Below are positions 46,172-56,265 of a DNA stretch of 64,000 bases, piece by piece. The notes under the pieces were generated by a model, which had not been told where the DNA came from, made no database searches, and saw nothing but the letters and a program-made list of their open reading frames with translations. The translations under genes were made by a program, and so were the position numbers. Numbering within the stretch: the stretch's first letter is position 1; each line of letters opens with the position of its first letter. This stretch comes from a virus, in the IMG/VR virus record IMGVR_UViG_3300027747_002198, positions 64,001-128,000 of that record; one strand, 5' to 3'.

Positions 46172-48045
46172 AATCATTCTTACAGCTTATCGAAGAACAA
46201 GAAGCCACGAAGAAACCCGTGGTAATGGCCTTTGGTCGGATGAACCCTCCAACAACAGGTCATTTGAAATTAATTGATAAAGTTAAATCGACCGCAGAAA
46301 AAATGGGTGCCAAGCACACCGTTGTGGTTTCACACTCACAAGATTCCAAAAAGAATCCTTTATCTACTGAACAAAAAATTAAACATCTAAAACGGTATTC
46401 ACCAGGAACACATTTTGAAGCGGCTTCTAAAGATCAACCAACAATATTGCATCATGCTTCTCGATTACACACAGCTGGTCATGATCATTTAGTTGTGGTC
46501 GGGGGTTCTGACCGAGTTAAAGAAATGCACGATTTATTACACAAGTATAATGGTGTTGAAGGTAAACACGGACATTTCAATTTTAAGAAAATAGAAGTTC
46601 GTTCCGCTGGTCATCGTGATCCTGATGCCGAAGGCGCAGAAGGCATGTCTGGTACCAAAATGAGAGAACATGCAAAAAATAAAGATTTTTCATCTTTCCG
46701 TCAAGGTGTTCCAGGTCATGTTTCCGACCAACACGCCAAAGAACTGATGAATGATGTCCGTAAGGGTATGGGATTAAACGAACAAGTAAACCGTGGACAA
46801 TTTAAAGCTATTTTTGTTACCGGCGGTCCTGGTTCTGGTAAAGATGTTATTATTCGTGAAGCTATTGCCGAATCTAAAGCCGTTGAAATTAACTCGGTAC
46901 AAGCATTTGAATATCTTGCCGATAAACAAAAACTATCAGAAAAATCTGGTGACTTCCGTAGAGAATCTATTCGTAATCGTGGTCCATTAATAATTAATGG
47001 TCCAGCAGACGATAAGGATCGTATTCTCTATATCAAAGAAGAACTAGAAGATTTAGGTTACTCGACCTTGATGATTTTTGTTGAGGCTTCTAATGAAGCC
47101 AGCCAAGAAAGAAATAGCAAGTTATCTAGAATGATGGTCGAATCCATACGTCAGGACAAATGGTTGAAGTCTAAAGAAAATTTTAAATTATATAATCAAT
47201 TATTTGATGATTTTATTAGTTTTGACAACAATAAATCCATCGAATATATAGAAGAAGATATAACAAATACTTACCACAACATTAATACTTTTATTGATAA
47301 TAAAGTACAAAATGAAGTCGCTTTTGACTGGTTAGAAAAGCATAATAGGTTAAATAAAGGTAATATCTTCAAGGAAGAAAAAAATGTTCAAAAAATTAAT
47401 AGATTTCTTAAAATTAAAACCGGTGGCCCCAAAGCAGACGGTCCAGCCTCCATTCCCGCTGACAACAGAGCAGGCAGCCCAAACTCAGACAACGTTAAGT
47501 GGGACGCCAACAAAAGAACAAAAACCTACACGTTCGGCCAAAACGCCGGAGTCTACGCAGAAGCCCAAACGCCCACGCTCGCCAAAAGGTCAGAGCCAAA
47601 AGAGCCCAGCTTCCAACAAGATAAAGAAAAAACAAAGTTAAAGAAACGTGGTGATAGAACAATAAGCCCAGCTCGTGTTGGTCGACCAGATGGTATTGGC
47701 CAAGAATATGATACACGAGCAGGTGGTCAAGGTGCTGCAGCGGGCGCCGGACTTGGCCAGAATGTAGGCGAAACGATAGAATATAGTAACGCAAGTCAAA
47801 ATGGTACAACAATGCTTGGGGCTAAGTTAGAACCAAATCCATTAACGGAAAAGAAACCATTTAAGAAGTTTAGAAAGAATATTAAAGAATTTAATGGGTA
47901 TCAAAATGATACCGAATCCGGTCTTGGTGGAGTATTAGGCGGCGCAAGTAACAAAGAAGGTATGGATTCATATAAAGATACATCGAGAAACATACAAAAC
48001 GATTATGGTCTTAAAATAAAAAAGAAAAAGAAACAGGAGAAATAA
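46168..48045 (+). CDS. cytidylyltransferase-like (HIGH) domain fused to a P-loop kinase domain
   Basis: FGRMNPPTTGH, VVGGSDR, GMSGTKMR, then IFVTGGPGSGKD. Confidence 0.8.
   Translation: MKSFLQLIEEQEATKKPVVMAFGRMNPPTTGHLKLIDKVKSTAEKMGAKHTVVVSHSQDSKKNPLSTEQKIKHLKRYSPGTHFEAASKDQPTILHHASRLHTAGHDHLVVVGGSDRVKEMHDLLHKYNGVEGKHGHFNFKKIEVRSAGHRDPDAEGAEGMSGTKMREHAKNKDFSSFRQGVPGHVSDQHAKELMNDVRKGMGLNEQVNRGQFKAIFVTGGPGSGKDVIIREAIAESKAVEINSVQAFEYLADKQKLSEKSGDFRRESIRNRGPLIINGPADDKDRILYIKEELEDLGYSTLMIFVEASNEASQERNSKLSRMMVESIRQDKWLKSKENFKLYNQLFDDFISFDNNKSIEYIEEDITNTYHNINTFIDNKVQNEVAFDWLEKHNRLNKGNIFKEEKNVQKINRFLKIKTGGPKADGPASIPADNRAGSPNSDNVKWDANKRTKTYTFGQNAGVYAEAQTPTLAKRSEPKEPSFQQDKEKTKLKKRGDRTISPARVGRPDGIGQEYDTRAGGQGAAAGAGLGQNVGETIEYSNASQNGTTMLGAKLEPNPLTEKKPFKKFRKNIKEFNGYQNDTESGLGGVLGGASNKEGMDSYKDTSRNIQNDYGLKIKKKKKQEK
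47384..47641 (+). CDS. putative overprinted small protein
   Basis: AAGGA RBS, amphipathic MFKKLIDFLKL N-terminus; host-frame codon bias inverts over this interval. Confidence 0.45.
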   Translation: MFKKLIDFLKLKPVAPKQTVQPPFPLTTEQAAQTQTTLSGTPTKEQKPTRSAKTPESTQKPKRPRSPKGQSQKSPASNKIKKKQS

Positions 48046-48046
48046 A

Positions 48047-49705
48047 ATGTTTGGTCCGAAAAAAATATCTCAATCTTTGATTGATGCAGTTTTAAAAGTA
48101 ACAGAAGATAAAACTGAAGTTACTCAAGCACCTCAATTATTAGATGAGGCAGATAAGGTACCTACACCAACAGGTATGAAAGTATATGGTTCCCGTTACG
48201 GAAATTCTGCCAAAGCTCGTAGAGATCAAACTAAAGCTGCCGTTGACACATTAAAAGGTCCTAAGGACAAAGAATTAATTAAAGATGATGAAATAGACGA
48301 AACTGGTTTTCATAAAGCTGCTCACGGCGCCAAAAAGGCAGGTCAGTCCCATTTTGAGTTTCAAGGCAAAAAATATCCAGTTACAGCAAAATCTCATGCT
48401 GAAGCCGTTGAAGAAGAAGGCGATTGTGTAACCAAACCCCAGGCAAAAGATATTGCTAAGAAAGAAGTTGGCAAGCACGAAAAAGGCATGCACGGCAAAT
48501 CAGGTGAAGTTGCCAAGCACGAAAAGAAAATGCACAAAGAAGGTATGTCGTTTAAAGAACGTTTACTTGAGCGTGAAATGACTTCTGCTGAATCTCGTAA
48601 AAAAGAAAAGATTGTTATGTCCATGAAGGACAAACAAGAGTATTTCAAGAAAAAATATGGTAAGCGTTGGAAAGAAGTAATGTATGCTACCGCTACTAAG
48701 CAAGCTATGAAAGAAGAAATTGAAGATTTAGAAGATGATGTTGAAGAAATACAACAAGAAGCGGTTAAGAAGTCTGATGTTCCAGCTTTCTTACGCAAAA
48801 TGCGTGGTGACAAGCCATTGACAATGAAAGATGTTAAGTCTGGTGACAAAGATTCTATTTCACACAAAGATAATCTTGCTAAAGCTCGTAACGAAGAATT
48901 CGAATTAACTGAAAAAAATGATTCGCATACTCATGCCGCTCACTATGAAAATGAAAAGGGTGAATGGACTGGCATGAACTTGTTTACGGCTAAAGATGAT
49001 ACTGATGCCATCAAACAAGCTCAAGCAAAATGTAAAGAAGGTTGCCGTCTATCTAAAGTAGAACGCCACACAACAGTTAAAGAAGATGTTGAAGTTATTC
49101 AAGATAAAAATGGACACAGAACTACAACGGATATGTTGAGTGGTCGCCATGAAGGCGGAAAGTTAAATTCATTTAAAAACTTTAAAGTGAATTTAGTAGT
49201 TAGTGGTGAAGAAGAAATTCCTACAGAAGTTGATAGAGGTGAAGATACTAAAGAAAAACAAAAGATCACTACTAATCCTGGCCCAGTAGATATTAAGTTT
49301 GATGATAAATTGGTAACGCCTCCACAGAAATATTTTTCTAGTCAAAAAGCCGTTACGAGTGAAGAAGTTCGTGGTGAGTTGAAGCACATTCGTTCCAAAG
49401 AAAAAGCAATGCGTAATAAAGAAGTAAGTCAATTTGCTTCACACAAAGCTACAAAAACCACACAGCAAGAAGAAGAAGTTCAAGAAGCTAAAGATCCACA
49501 TATGGATGCCGGCGTTGGTTCCCAACCAGATTTTGCTACCGAAAAAGTTATTGCTGGCGTAGATGGTTGGAAGAAAGTACAGAAGAATGTACAAGATAAA
49601 TCTGGTGCAGTTCATACTCCACATTCTCGTGCTAAAGATTTAGCTCGCCAAGCATTCAAAAAAGTTAAAAGTGAAATGTTAGGTAAAGCGCCAGGGAATA
49701 ACTAA
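48047..49705 (+). CDS. highly charged modular protein, probable internal head protein
   Basis: Repeated LLDE/LLE/LTE/VKE motifs resembling gp21 cleavage sites; KHEK..H repeat. Confidence 0.6.
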   Translation: MFGPKKISQSLIDAVLKVTEDKTEVTQAPQLLDEADKVPTPTGMKVYGSRYGNSAKARRDQTKAAVDTLKGPKDKELIKDDEIDETGFHKAAHGAKKAGQSHFEFQGKKYPVTAKSHAEAVEEEGDCVTKPQAKDIAKKEVGKHEKGMHGKSGEVAKHEKKMHKEGMSFKERLLEREMTSAESRKKEKIVMSMKDKQEYFKKKYGKRWKEVMYATATKQAMKEEIEDLEDDVEEIQQEAVKKSDVPAFLRKMRGDKPLTMKDVKSGDKDSISHKDNLAKARNEEFELTEKNDSHTHAAHYENEKGEWTGMNLFTAKDDTDAIKQAQAKCKEGCRLSKVERHTTVKEDVEVIQDKNGHRTTTDMLSGRHEGGKLNSFKNFKVNLVVSGEEEIPTEVDRGEDTKEKQKITTNPGPVDIKFDDKLVTPPQKYFSSQKAVTSEEVRGELKHIRSKEKAMRNKEVSQFASHKATKTTQQEEEVQEAKDPHMDAGVGSQPDFATEKVIAGVDGWKKVQKNVQDKSGAVHTPHSRAKDLARQAFKKVKSEMLGKAPGNN

Positions 49706-49706
49706 T

Positions 49707-51155
49707 ATGACAAAGTTATCACAAACATTAAAATTTGTTGTTAAAAAGCCTGCTGATAAGGTAACTTTTGGTACCGATCCAAAAGATCCTTGGTCCGCAA
49801 AAGCAGGTATTAACGAAGGTGCACTTGAACAATACTTGAAGTCTAAAGGTATTAATCCTGAGTATGTGAGCAAAGATCAAAAGATTGCTTACGCCAAATC
49901 AATGACATTTCTTAAATGGAAAGCTGAACATCAATTTGAAGAAGTTATTCCTGAGAGTATGGTGATTGCTCCTTCTATAACACACAAGAAAAAAGCAGAA
50001 ACACAAAAGTCTGCTCATGCTCATAAAGAGATTAAAACTCCTCGTGGGCCAGGAAGTCACAATGAAGGTAAAGGGTCACAAATGACCCAATTAACACCTG
50101 AGTCAGTTTCACAAGAAATTCATGGTGAAGCAAAGAAACCTAAATTGACAGCTTTAGATAAATTCCGTAAATCATCTGCTGAGCGCCAAAAGAAACATGA
50201 CGAGATTGAAAAGAAATCTGGTGGTATGACTTCTGCTATTGATCGTTTACAGAAACACATGAACAAAGAAGAAGTTGAACAGATTGATGAACTGAATTAC
50301 GATACAGTTAAATCGCTTTACACCAAGCGTAGAACTATTCGTGATTTACCAAGTAAGAAATCTAAAGATGTTAAAGTAAAAAATGTAAGTACTTCCATTT
50401 CTCGCTTGGCTGGACACAAACCAACACAAAATCAACCATTCGACAAAGTTGATAAAGGTACACATTTTGAATTGGTTCCAAAAAACGAAGAAGTTGAAGA
50501 ACTCGATGAACTCAAAAAAGATACATTAAAATCTTATAGAGATAAATCAATGGCCAGTTTAAAAAATGCTCGAAAAAATCGTGATGCGGCAGAACCTGGT
50601 AAAGATATGTCCAAAGGTTTTGCTGATTTGCATGCAAAATCTGACGCTATTGCTAAAAAGAGAGCAAAAGGATTGTCCGGTTACCTACAACGTAAACATG
50701 GCATGAAACCTGGTTATCCTGATGAGCGTAAAACAACTTCTGAAGATGTTGGTGATCCCAAGGCCGCTGTAAATGCTGACGGTCAACCAAATCCACAACT
50801 TGAGCCAGTATCCGAGAAGAAGAAACAAATGTCTAAATCTGCTCGTATGATCAAGGCATTATATAAGAAAAAAGGCGTGGTCAAAGAAGATATGCACGAC
50901 CATGAAAAAGAAGATAAATCGGTAGCCGCCTACGGTAAGAAACCAAAGGTAGATAAAGCCGATAAAGATGATAGCAAAGGTGAAAACAAACCACAGGCAG
51001 CTATGACGTTAACTGGTGGTAAAACCTTGACTGGTATCGAGAGAGATACTGTCGAGATTGATCCTATGATGAGAAATCGTCCAGGTCAACCTGATGTAAC
51101 CAAAAAGGATGACAAAAAAGACGGTAAAAAAGAAGATAAGAAGAAAGATAAATAG
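49707..51155 (+). CDS. highly charged modular protein, probable internal head protein
   Basis: EEVEQIDEL and EEVEELDEL modules. Confidence 0.6.
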   Translation: MTKLSQTLKFVVKKPADKVTFGTDPKDPWSAKAGINEGALEQYLKSKGINPEYVSKDQKIAYAKSMTFLKWKAEHQFEEVIPESMVIAPSITHKKKAETQKSAHAHKEIKTPRGPGSHNEGKGSQMTQLTPESVSQEIHGEAKKPKLTALDKFRKSSAERQKKHDEIEKKSGGMTSAIDRLQKHMNKEEVEQIDELNYDTVKSLYTKRRTIRDLPSKKSKDVKVKNVSTSISRLAGHKPTQNQPFDKVDKGTHFELVPKNEEVEELDELKKDTLKSYRDKSMASLKNARKNRDAAEPGKDMSKGFADLHAKSDAIAKKRAKGLSGYLQRKHGMKPGYPDERKTTSEDVGDPKAAVNADGQPNPQLEPVSEKKKQMSKSARMIKALYKKKGVVKEDMHDHEKEDKSVAAYGKKPKVDKADKDDSKGENKPQAAMTLTGGKTLTGIERDTVEIDPMMRNRPGQPDVTKKDDKKDGKKEDKKKDK

Positions 51156-51188
51156 TACTATAACCGAGGCTAATTAAGGAGAAAAAAG

Positions 51189-51845
51189 ATGCCATCATGG
51201 GGAAATACAGACGCTGCGAATAGTATTCCACTATTTGCACAATTCAGAGAAGTAGCTCCTTCTCTATATTTTATAACCGCTAATAACACAATTGCAGGAA
51301 ATACCATTGTATTAACATCAAGCACTGGTCTGTCCACAATTGCAAACGGATCTTACGTTTACGCTATTGAAGCTAACACGGCCGCAACTGCTAACGTTTC
51401 ACGTTTGGCTAAAGATTTGTCATATGTTGACCAAAATGACATTGATTTTTATCGTTCAAATAACGTAATTACAAACGCAAATACTCTTGGATCATATATT
51501 CAGTTGAATAATAACCTTGCTGGAAACTTACAAGGTGGTTCACAAATTTTCATTGGTACTACAGTACCACACGATGCCACCAAATATGAAAACGTTAACG
51601 ATGTTATTTTAGTAACAGCTGGTCGTTTAGCTAATACTAAAGGCACAACTGGTGCTGCTGGTTCAGATACATCAAATACACTTATTGGAAGCACAAATAG
51701 TGGATGGAATCGTATTACTCGTAAGATCAACAACGATGGTACAGTACGTTTCTTGAAAGAAACTTTGGTTTGTCTTGCTAGTCCAGTTGCTTCTAATGCA
51801 TCATCTGCTAACACATCATCTAATGCTATTTTTGGTGGACTGTAA
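51189..51845 (+). CDS. probable virion structural protein
   Basis: MPSWGNTD...GW...GTVRFLKETLV; Asn/Thr-rich; ATAAATA late-like element upstream. Confidence 0.6.
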   Translation: MPSWGNTDAANSIPLFAQFREVAPSLYFITANNTIAGNTIVLTSSTGLSTIANGSYVYAIEANTAATANVSRLAKDLSYVDQNDIDFYRSNNVITNANTLGSYIQLNNNLAGNLQGGSQIFIGTTVPHDATKYENVNDVILVTAGRLANTKGTTGAAGSDTSNTLIGSTNSGWNRITRKINNDGTVRFLKETLVCLASPVASNASSANTSSNAIFGGL

Positions 51846-51870
51846 TACTACATTATAAAGGTTTTTGATT

Positions 51871-52815
51871 ATGAAAGTGTTGTTTCATACACACACATTG
51901 AATTATCGTGGTACTACAGTAGCAATTTTAGATTATGCTCGTTACAACCAAGAAGTATTAGGTAATGAAAGCGTTGTTTCTTATTGGGCTGATGGTCCAG
52001 TAGGAAACGATGCTGGTAACGAAGCACCAATGATTGAAAAGTTTAAATCGGAGTTTGAATTAAGACCAGCAACTGGTGGCAATTTGACTCCGATTTGTAA
52101 CGATATAGATGTAGCATATTTTATAAGGTCAGGAGAAGTTGAACCTCTTCCGAATGTTAAAACGGCCGTACATGCTGTATTCGGTCATAGGACTCCACAC
52201 GGAGATTCGTATGCCTATATTTCTGAGTGGTTAGCAGAGCATAGGTGTAAAGATTTAAATCTTCCTTATGTTCCACACATAGTTAATTTGCCCAAGCCTG
52301 ATGCAGATTTTAGGCAACGATTAGGCATCAACAAAGATAAAATTGTAGTTGGTAGATTGGGTGGCCACACCACTTTTGATATTGGTTGGGTTCATTCTGC
52401 TGTACGCAGGGTATTGGAATCTGATTCAAGATTTGTATTTGTGTTTTTAAATACGGCTAGGTTTATGGATCACCCTAATATTATCTATTTGGATCCAATC
52501 CATAACATGCAGGAGAAGTCAAACTATATTGATATGTGTGATGCCTTCTTACACGCTAGGTCAATTGGAGAAAGCTTTGGTTTATCAGTATGCGAACCAT
52601 TATTCCACAACAAACCAACATTTGCCTTTAATGGTGGTGACGATAAACACCACATGATGATATTAGATGGAACAGGTCTACTATATAATGATGAAAACGA
52701 CCTGGTTACGAAGCTATTAAATTTAGAATCTTTTGATAAGGATTATCATTCATTAGTTGCCAAATTTAATCCTACCACGGTTATGGGTAAGTTTAAAGAA
52801 GTGTTTTTAACATAA
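51871..52815 (+). CDS. GT-B (GT4-like) glycosyltransferase
   Basis: RGTTVAILDYA, DAFLHARSIGESFGLSVCE. Confidence 0.8.
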   Translation: MKVLFHTHTLNYRGTTVAILDYARYNQEVLGNESVVSYWADGPVGNDAGNEAPMIEKFKSEFELRPATGGNLTPICNDIDVAYFIRSGEVEPLPNVKTAVHAVFGHRTPHGDSYAYISEWLAEHRCKDLNLPYVPHIVNLPKPDADFRQRLGINKDKIVVGRLGGHTTFDIGWVHSAVRRVLESDSRFVFVFLNTARFMDHPNIIYLDPIHNMQEKSNYIDMCDAFLHARSIGESFGLSVCEPLFHNKPTFAFNGGDDKHHMMILDGTGLLYNDENDLVTKLLNLESFDKDYHSLVAKFNPTTVMGKFKEVFLT

Positions 52816-52827
52816 ATAGGTTAATGA

Positions 52828-53214
52828 ATGTTTGATGACTTGAATGATGACAATTTCATGATATATGCAATGAAGTGTTATAACTCACCTAATTGCATTA
52901 TGTCAGAATTTGAAAATGATATCAAAAGAACCAAATATCTAAAACGATTATTTCGTAGATATAAGGTCACAAAAAGTTTAAAAGAACGATTGATTTTAAA
53001 TCACATTATTCTATTGAATAATGTTTTTGGCCACGAAGCAGTAGCAAGAATTTTATTCTATAGAATTGATGAACGTGATTATGATGTTTTAAAAACATTT
53101 TTGATGTATTTAAATATTATGCCAGATGCAATTTACGGTATCAGAGGAAAAACAATACACACCGCTGATATTCCCTTAGACGAAAATATTGTAGAAATAT
53201 TGGTAAAGATATGA
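52828..53214 (+). CDS. conserved T4-like hypothetical protein
   Basis: FMIYAMKCYNSP, KYLKRLF, RLILNHIILLNNVFG. Confidence 0.75.
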   Translation: MFDDLNDDNFMIYAMKCYNSPNCIMSEFENDIKRTKYLKRLFRRYKVTKSLKERLILNHIILLNNVFGHEAVARILFYRIDERDYDVLKTFLMYLNIMPDAIYGIRGKTIHTADIPLDENIVEILVKI

Positions 53215-53903
53215 TAACATTTAAACAATACTTAAACGAAGTCGCCAAGCCCACAGGAGATTTAAAGAAGGCCTGCTGGAAAGGATATACTGCTGTTGGC
53301 ACAAAACAAAAAAACGGCAGAACAGTTCCTAATTGTGTACCAGAAGGTCATGTTGAAGAATTGGAAAAAGGTTTAAAACAATTAGATAGTCACGATTATG
53401 ATACGATTCATAAATTAATGATGGGTATATGTAAAGAACATGGAGTTTCTGGTGAAGAATTACACAATGATTTTAAATCTAAACATGGCAAAACTCCTGA
53501 TAATTGGATTAAAGAAGAAGTTGAATTGGAAGAACTATTCGATATTCTAGAAGAAGTAGTTGATGGTATTGCAGAAGAAAACAATATTGATCCAGATATT
53601 CTTTGGGAAAATCTTGAAGATGTATCCGATGAAGAACTGTATGAAACTGCTGCTTGGCGCCGTAAAGAAGGCAAAAATCCTACTGGCGGTTTAAATGCCA
53701 AAGGTATTGCATCTTATCGTAGAGAAAATCCAGGTTCCAAATTAAAGAAAGCTGTTACAGGTAAAGTAAAACCTGGTAGCAAAGCTGCAAAGCGTAGAAA
53801 ATCATTTTGTGCTCGCATGGGTGGCATGAAAGGCGCAATGAAAAAACCAAATGGCGAACCTACAAGAAAAGCACTAGCTTTAAGAAAGTGGAAATGCAGA
53901 TGA
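53211..53903 (+). CDS. probable internal head protein
   Basis: MITFKQYLNE N-terminus; CWKGY..VPNCV module; GGLNAKG...RRKSFCARM...ALRKWKC module. Confidence 0.65.
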   Translation: MITFKQYLNEVAKPTGDLKKACWKGYTAVGTKQKNGRTVPNCVPEGHVEELEKGLKQLDSHDYDTIHKLMMGICKEHGVSGEELHNDFKSKHGKTPDNWIKEEVELEELFDILEEVVDGIAEENNIDPDILWENLEDVSDEELYETAAWRRKEGKNPTGGLNAKGIASYRRENPGSKLKKAVTGKVKPGSKAAKRRKSFCARMGGMKGAMKKPNGEPTRKALALRKWKCR

Positions 53904-54175
53904 AATCTTTTAAACAATATTTGGATGAATCTGGTCGTTGCTGGACAGGTTATAAACCTGTAAGGGGCAAAAAAGCATTTTCTAAAGGTTCATGTGTCAA
54001 AGAAGATGGCATGGGTGGCGGCGCAGTTGCCGCAGGACCAACTAATGTAGTTGGTGGTGGAGCAATCGCCGGTACTGGTGGTAAAGGTGGAGAACCTGGT
54101 GTTGATTTAAGAAAGAAAAAGAAAGTTGCAGATCCACGGATGCCAATGGGCATGGGTAAACGAAAGGACTTCTAA
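53900..54175 (+). CDS. small probable internal head protein
   Basis: MKSFKQYLDE N-terminus, CWTGY module. Confidence 0.6.
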   Translation: MKSFKQYLDESGRCWTGYKPVRGKKAFSKGSCVKEDGMGGGAVAAGPTNVVGGGAIAGTGGKGGEPGVDLRKKKKVADPRMPMGMGKRKDF

Positions 54176-54427
54176 GTGATCGAAATCCAAGATAGAATTA
54201 GAGAAAAGTTTGGATTAGAAGCGGAAGTCGTTGAAGCAGCAAATGTACTATTTCTGAGAGTTCAAGGTTTGGATAACGTATCTCTTGCTGAATGGATTAG
54301 AATAGAATTCCATAACGTATATGTTAGTGTAAAAAATAGAAGAACATTTGAGTTTTCAGACGATGGATGGATTAAAATAGAAAAAAATGATAACAGTAGA
54401 TCAAATACAGAAGATACTGCCACATAA
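54176..54427 (+). CDS. hypothetical protein
   Basis: AAGGA RBS, GTG start. Confidence 0.5.
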   Translation: MIEIQDRIREKFGLEAEVVEAANVLFLRVQGLDNVSLAEWIRIEFHNVYVSVKNRRTFEFSDDGWIKIEKNDNSRSNTEDTAT

Positions 54428-54992
54428 TACATCACCAGATACTTTATGTTCGGTTTTAAATGGGATATTACCCAGGTATGAAATTAATACAAAAAATCGT
54501 ATCGCTGGATTTTTGGGACAATGTGCTGTTGAGTCGGCTGAATTTACTAAATTTCAAGAAAACTTAAATTATAGTGCACAAAGTTTAATGAAAGTTTGGC
54601 CTAAGCAATTTCCTAATGTTGATATAGCAAATCAATACGGCCGCCAGCCAGAAAAAATTGCCAATCGAGCTTACGCAAATAGATATGGCAATCGTGATGA
54701 AGCAAGCGGTGATGGATGGTTATATCGTGGTCGTGGTGCTATACAAACAACTTTTCATGACAACTATAAAGTATTTGCAGTTTCTATTGGAATGCCATTG
54801 GACAAAACAGTTGCTTACTGTGAATCTTTATCTGGTGCGGTAGAATCTGCTTGTTTTTATTGGAAAATGCACAATATTAATCAAGCGTGTGATGCTGATG
54901 ATATTGACGACATGACACATAGAATTAATGCAGCTAAGCTAGATTTAGATAAAAGAAAAACATATTACGAAAAGGCTAAGTCGGTATTATGA
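54387..54992 (+). CDS. glycoside hydrolase family 19 endolysin
   Basis: FLGQCAVES, ENLNYS, GDGWLYRGRGAIQTT, THRIN. Confidence 0.9.
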   Translation: MITVDQIQKILPHNTSPDTLCSVLNGILPRYEINTKNRIAGFLGQCAVESAEFTKFQENLNYSAQSLMKVWPKQFPNVDIANQYGRQPEKIANRAYANRYGNRDEASGDGWLYRGRGAIQTTFHDNYKVFAVSIGMPLDKTVAYCESLSGAVESACFYWKMHNINQACDADDIDDMTHRINAAKLDLDKRKTYYEKAKSVL

Positions 54993-55594
54993 TGGGGATA
55001 TTACTTTGGTTGTTTAATTACATACCGACATTCATTATATACATGATGTTTGCATTAGGTATCGTGCTTTATCTTTTTTCCGAATCGTTTACAATTCGTA
55101 TTGTCCAATTTATTCCAACAAGTGTTCTAACACCAGCATTAATTAGAATAATTGGTATTGTGGTAATGGGTATAAGCATATTTTTATTAGGCGTATCTTT
55201 TAGTGATACAGAATTTAAAAAAGAAATTGATAAAAAAAATGCTGAAATTGCAAAAATAAATGATGAGGCAAAAAACATTTCGGCACAGATAACAACCAAG
55301 TACATTTATAGAGATAAGATTATTAAGGAGAAGGGTGATGAAATCATTAAGTATGTCAGCACTAAAAATGATGCTGATTGTAACCTGCACAACTCTACTA
55401 TTGAGTTGCTCAACGCTGCCGCAAAAAACAACCTTCCCAATCCCACCAGAGCAATTGATGAAACCGGCTCCGGAGTTAACCTTAGTGCCGTTGAAGGAAC
55501 AGTCATCGAAAACTACAACAAATACCACGAAGTAAAGAATCGATTAGATTTATTGCAAGAGTGGGTGCAAGAACAACAAAAGAATAATAAATGA
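54989..55594 (+). CDS. inner-membrane spanin (Rz-like)
   Basis: N-terminal TM helices, periplasmic coiled coil, LQEWV C-terminus; follows endolysin. Confidence 0.65.
   Translation: MMGILLWLFNYIPTFIIYMMFALGIVLYLFSESFTIRIVQFIPTSVLTPALIRIIGIVVMGISIFLLGVSFSDTEFKKEIDKKNAEIAKINDEAKNISAQITTKYIYRDKIIKEKGDEIIKYVSTKNDADCNLHNSTIELLNAAAKNNLPNPTRAIDETGSGVNLSAVEGTVIENYNKYHEVKNRLDLLQEWVQEQQKNNK
55338..55535 (+). CDS. outer-membrane lipoprotein spanin (Rz1-like), embedded out of frame
   Basis: AAGGAG RBS, lipobox LLSC, Pro-rich mature part (FPIPPEQLMKPAPEL). Confidence 0.7.
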   Translation: MKSLSMSALKMMLIVTCTTLLLSCSTLPQKTTFPIPPEQLMKPAPELTLVPLKEQSSKTTTNTTK

Positions 55595-55839
55595 ATCAAA
55601 TATTAAAAGACTTGTTGACTGGCAAAGACGGCAAAACCCACGACATTGCTCGATGGTCTTGGATGATTTCTATGCTTGCAATTCTTGTTGGCGCAGGTTA
55701 CGAATTAGCACATTCAGCTACCGTAAGTTTAAGGGAGTTTGCAGAATCAATAGGTATTATTGCCGGTGCTCATGGTGCAGCCGTAATGTTAAAAAAAGAT
55801 GCTGAACCCCAAGCAGAAGAAGATACAACAAATAAATAA
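55591..55839 (+). CDS. holin-like membrane protein
   Basis: Two hydrophobic helices, charged C-terminus, within lysis cassette. Confidence 0.5.
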   Translation: MNQILKDLLTGKDGKTHDIARWSWMISMLAILVGAGYELAHSATVSLREFAESIGIIAGAHGAAVMLKKDAEPQAEEDTTNK

Positions 55840-55848
55840 GAGAACGTT

Positions 55849-56265
55849 ATGGCAGACAATGTTATACAATTAAAAGTTGATGTGGAAGTATTAAAAACTC
55901 AAGTGACCACATTAACTTCCCTTTGTACAAAAATGGATACGGTTATTGAGAAACTTGTGGACCAACAAGAAAAATATACCGCACAAATTTACAAAGATAT
56001 GGAAAATCGTAGAATAGAAAAGAATGCCGAGATCAAAGAGATACACGACCGCATTGATACTGTTATAGATAAAGTTCAAATTACCGAATTGCGTATTATG
56101 GATGAAATTAAACAGTTGCGAGCAGAATTAACCAAACGGCAAGAAAAAGATTCCGGCAAATTAGATAATATCTCTAGTAGAAACTGGATGATTGTTGGTG
56201 GTATTATTGTTATGGCATATATTATTAGTCATGCGGTACAAATCATAGATCACTTGACAAAGTAA
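55849..56265 (+). CDS. coiled-coil protein with C-terminal TM anchor
   Basis: Heptad pattern, WMIVGGIIVMAYII. Confidence 0.65.
   Translation: MADNVIQLKVDVEVLKTQVTTLTSLCTKMDTVIEKLVDQQEKYTAQIYKDMENRRIEKNAEIKEIHDRIDTVIDKVQITELRIMDEIKQLRAELTKRQEKDSGKLDNISSRNWMIVGGIIVMAYIISHAVQIIDHLTK

Noticed and set aside
48394-48867. 157-aa minus-strand ORF and many similar antisense or alternate-frame ORFs in the track
   Set aside because: Typical shadows of Lys/Glu-rich + strand genes (Ser/Phe/Leu-rich, no RBS).
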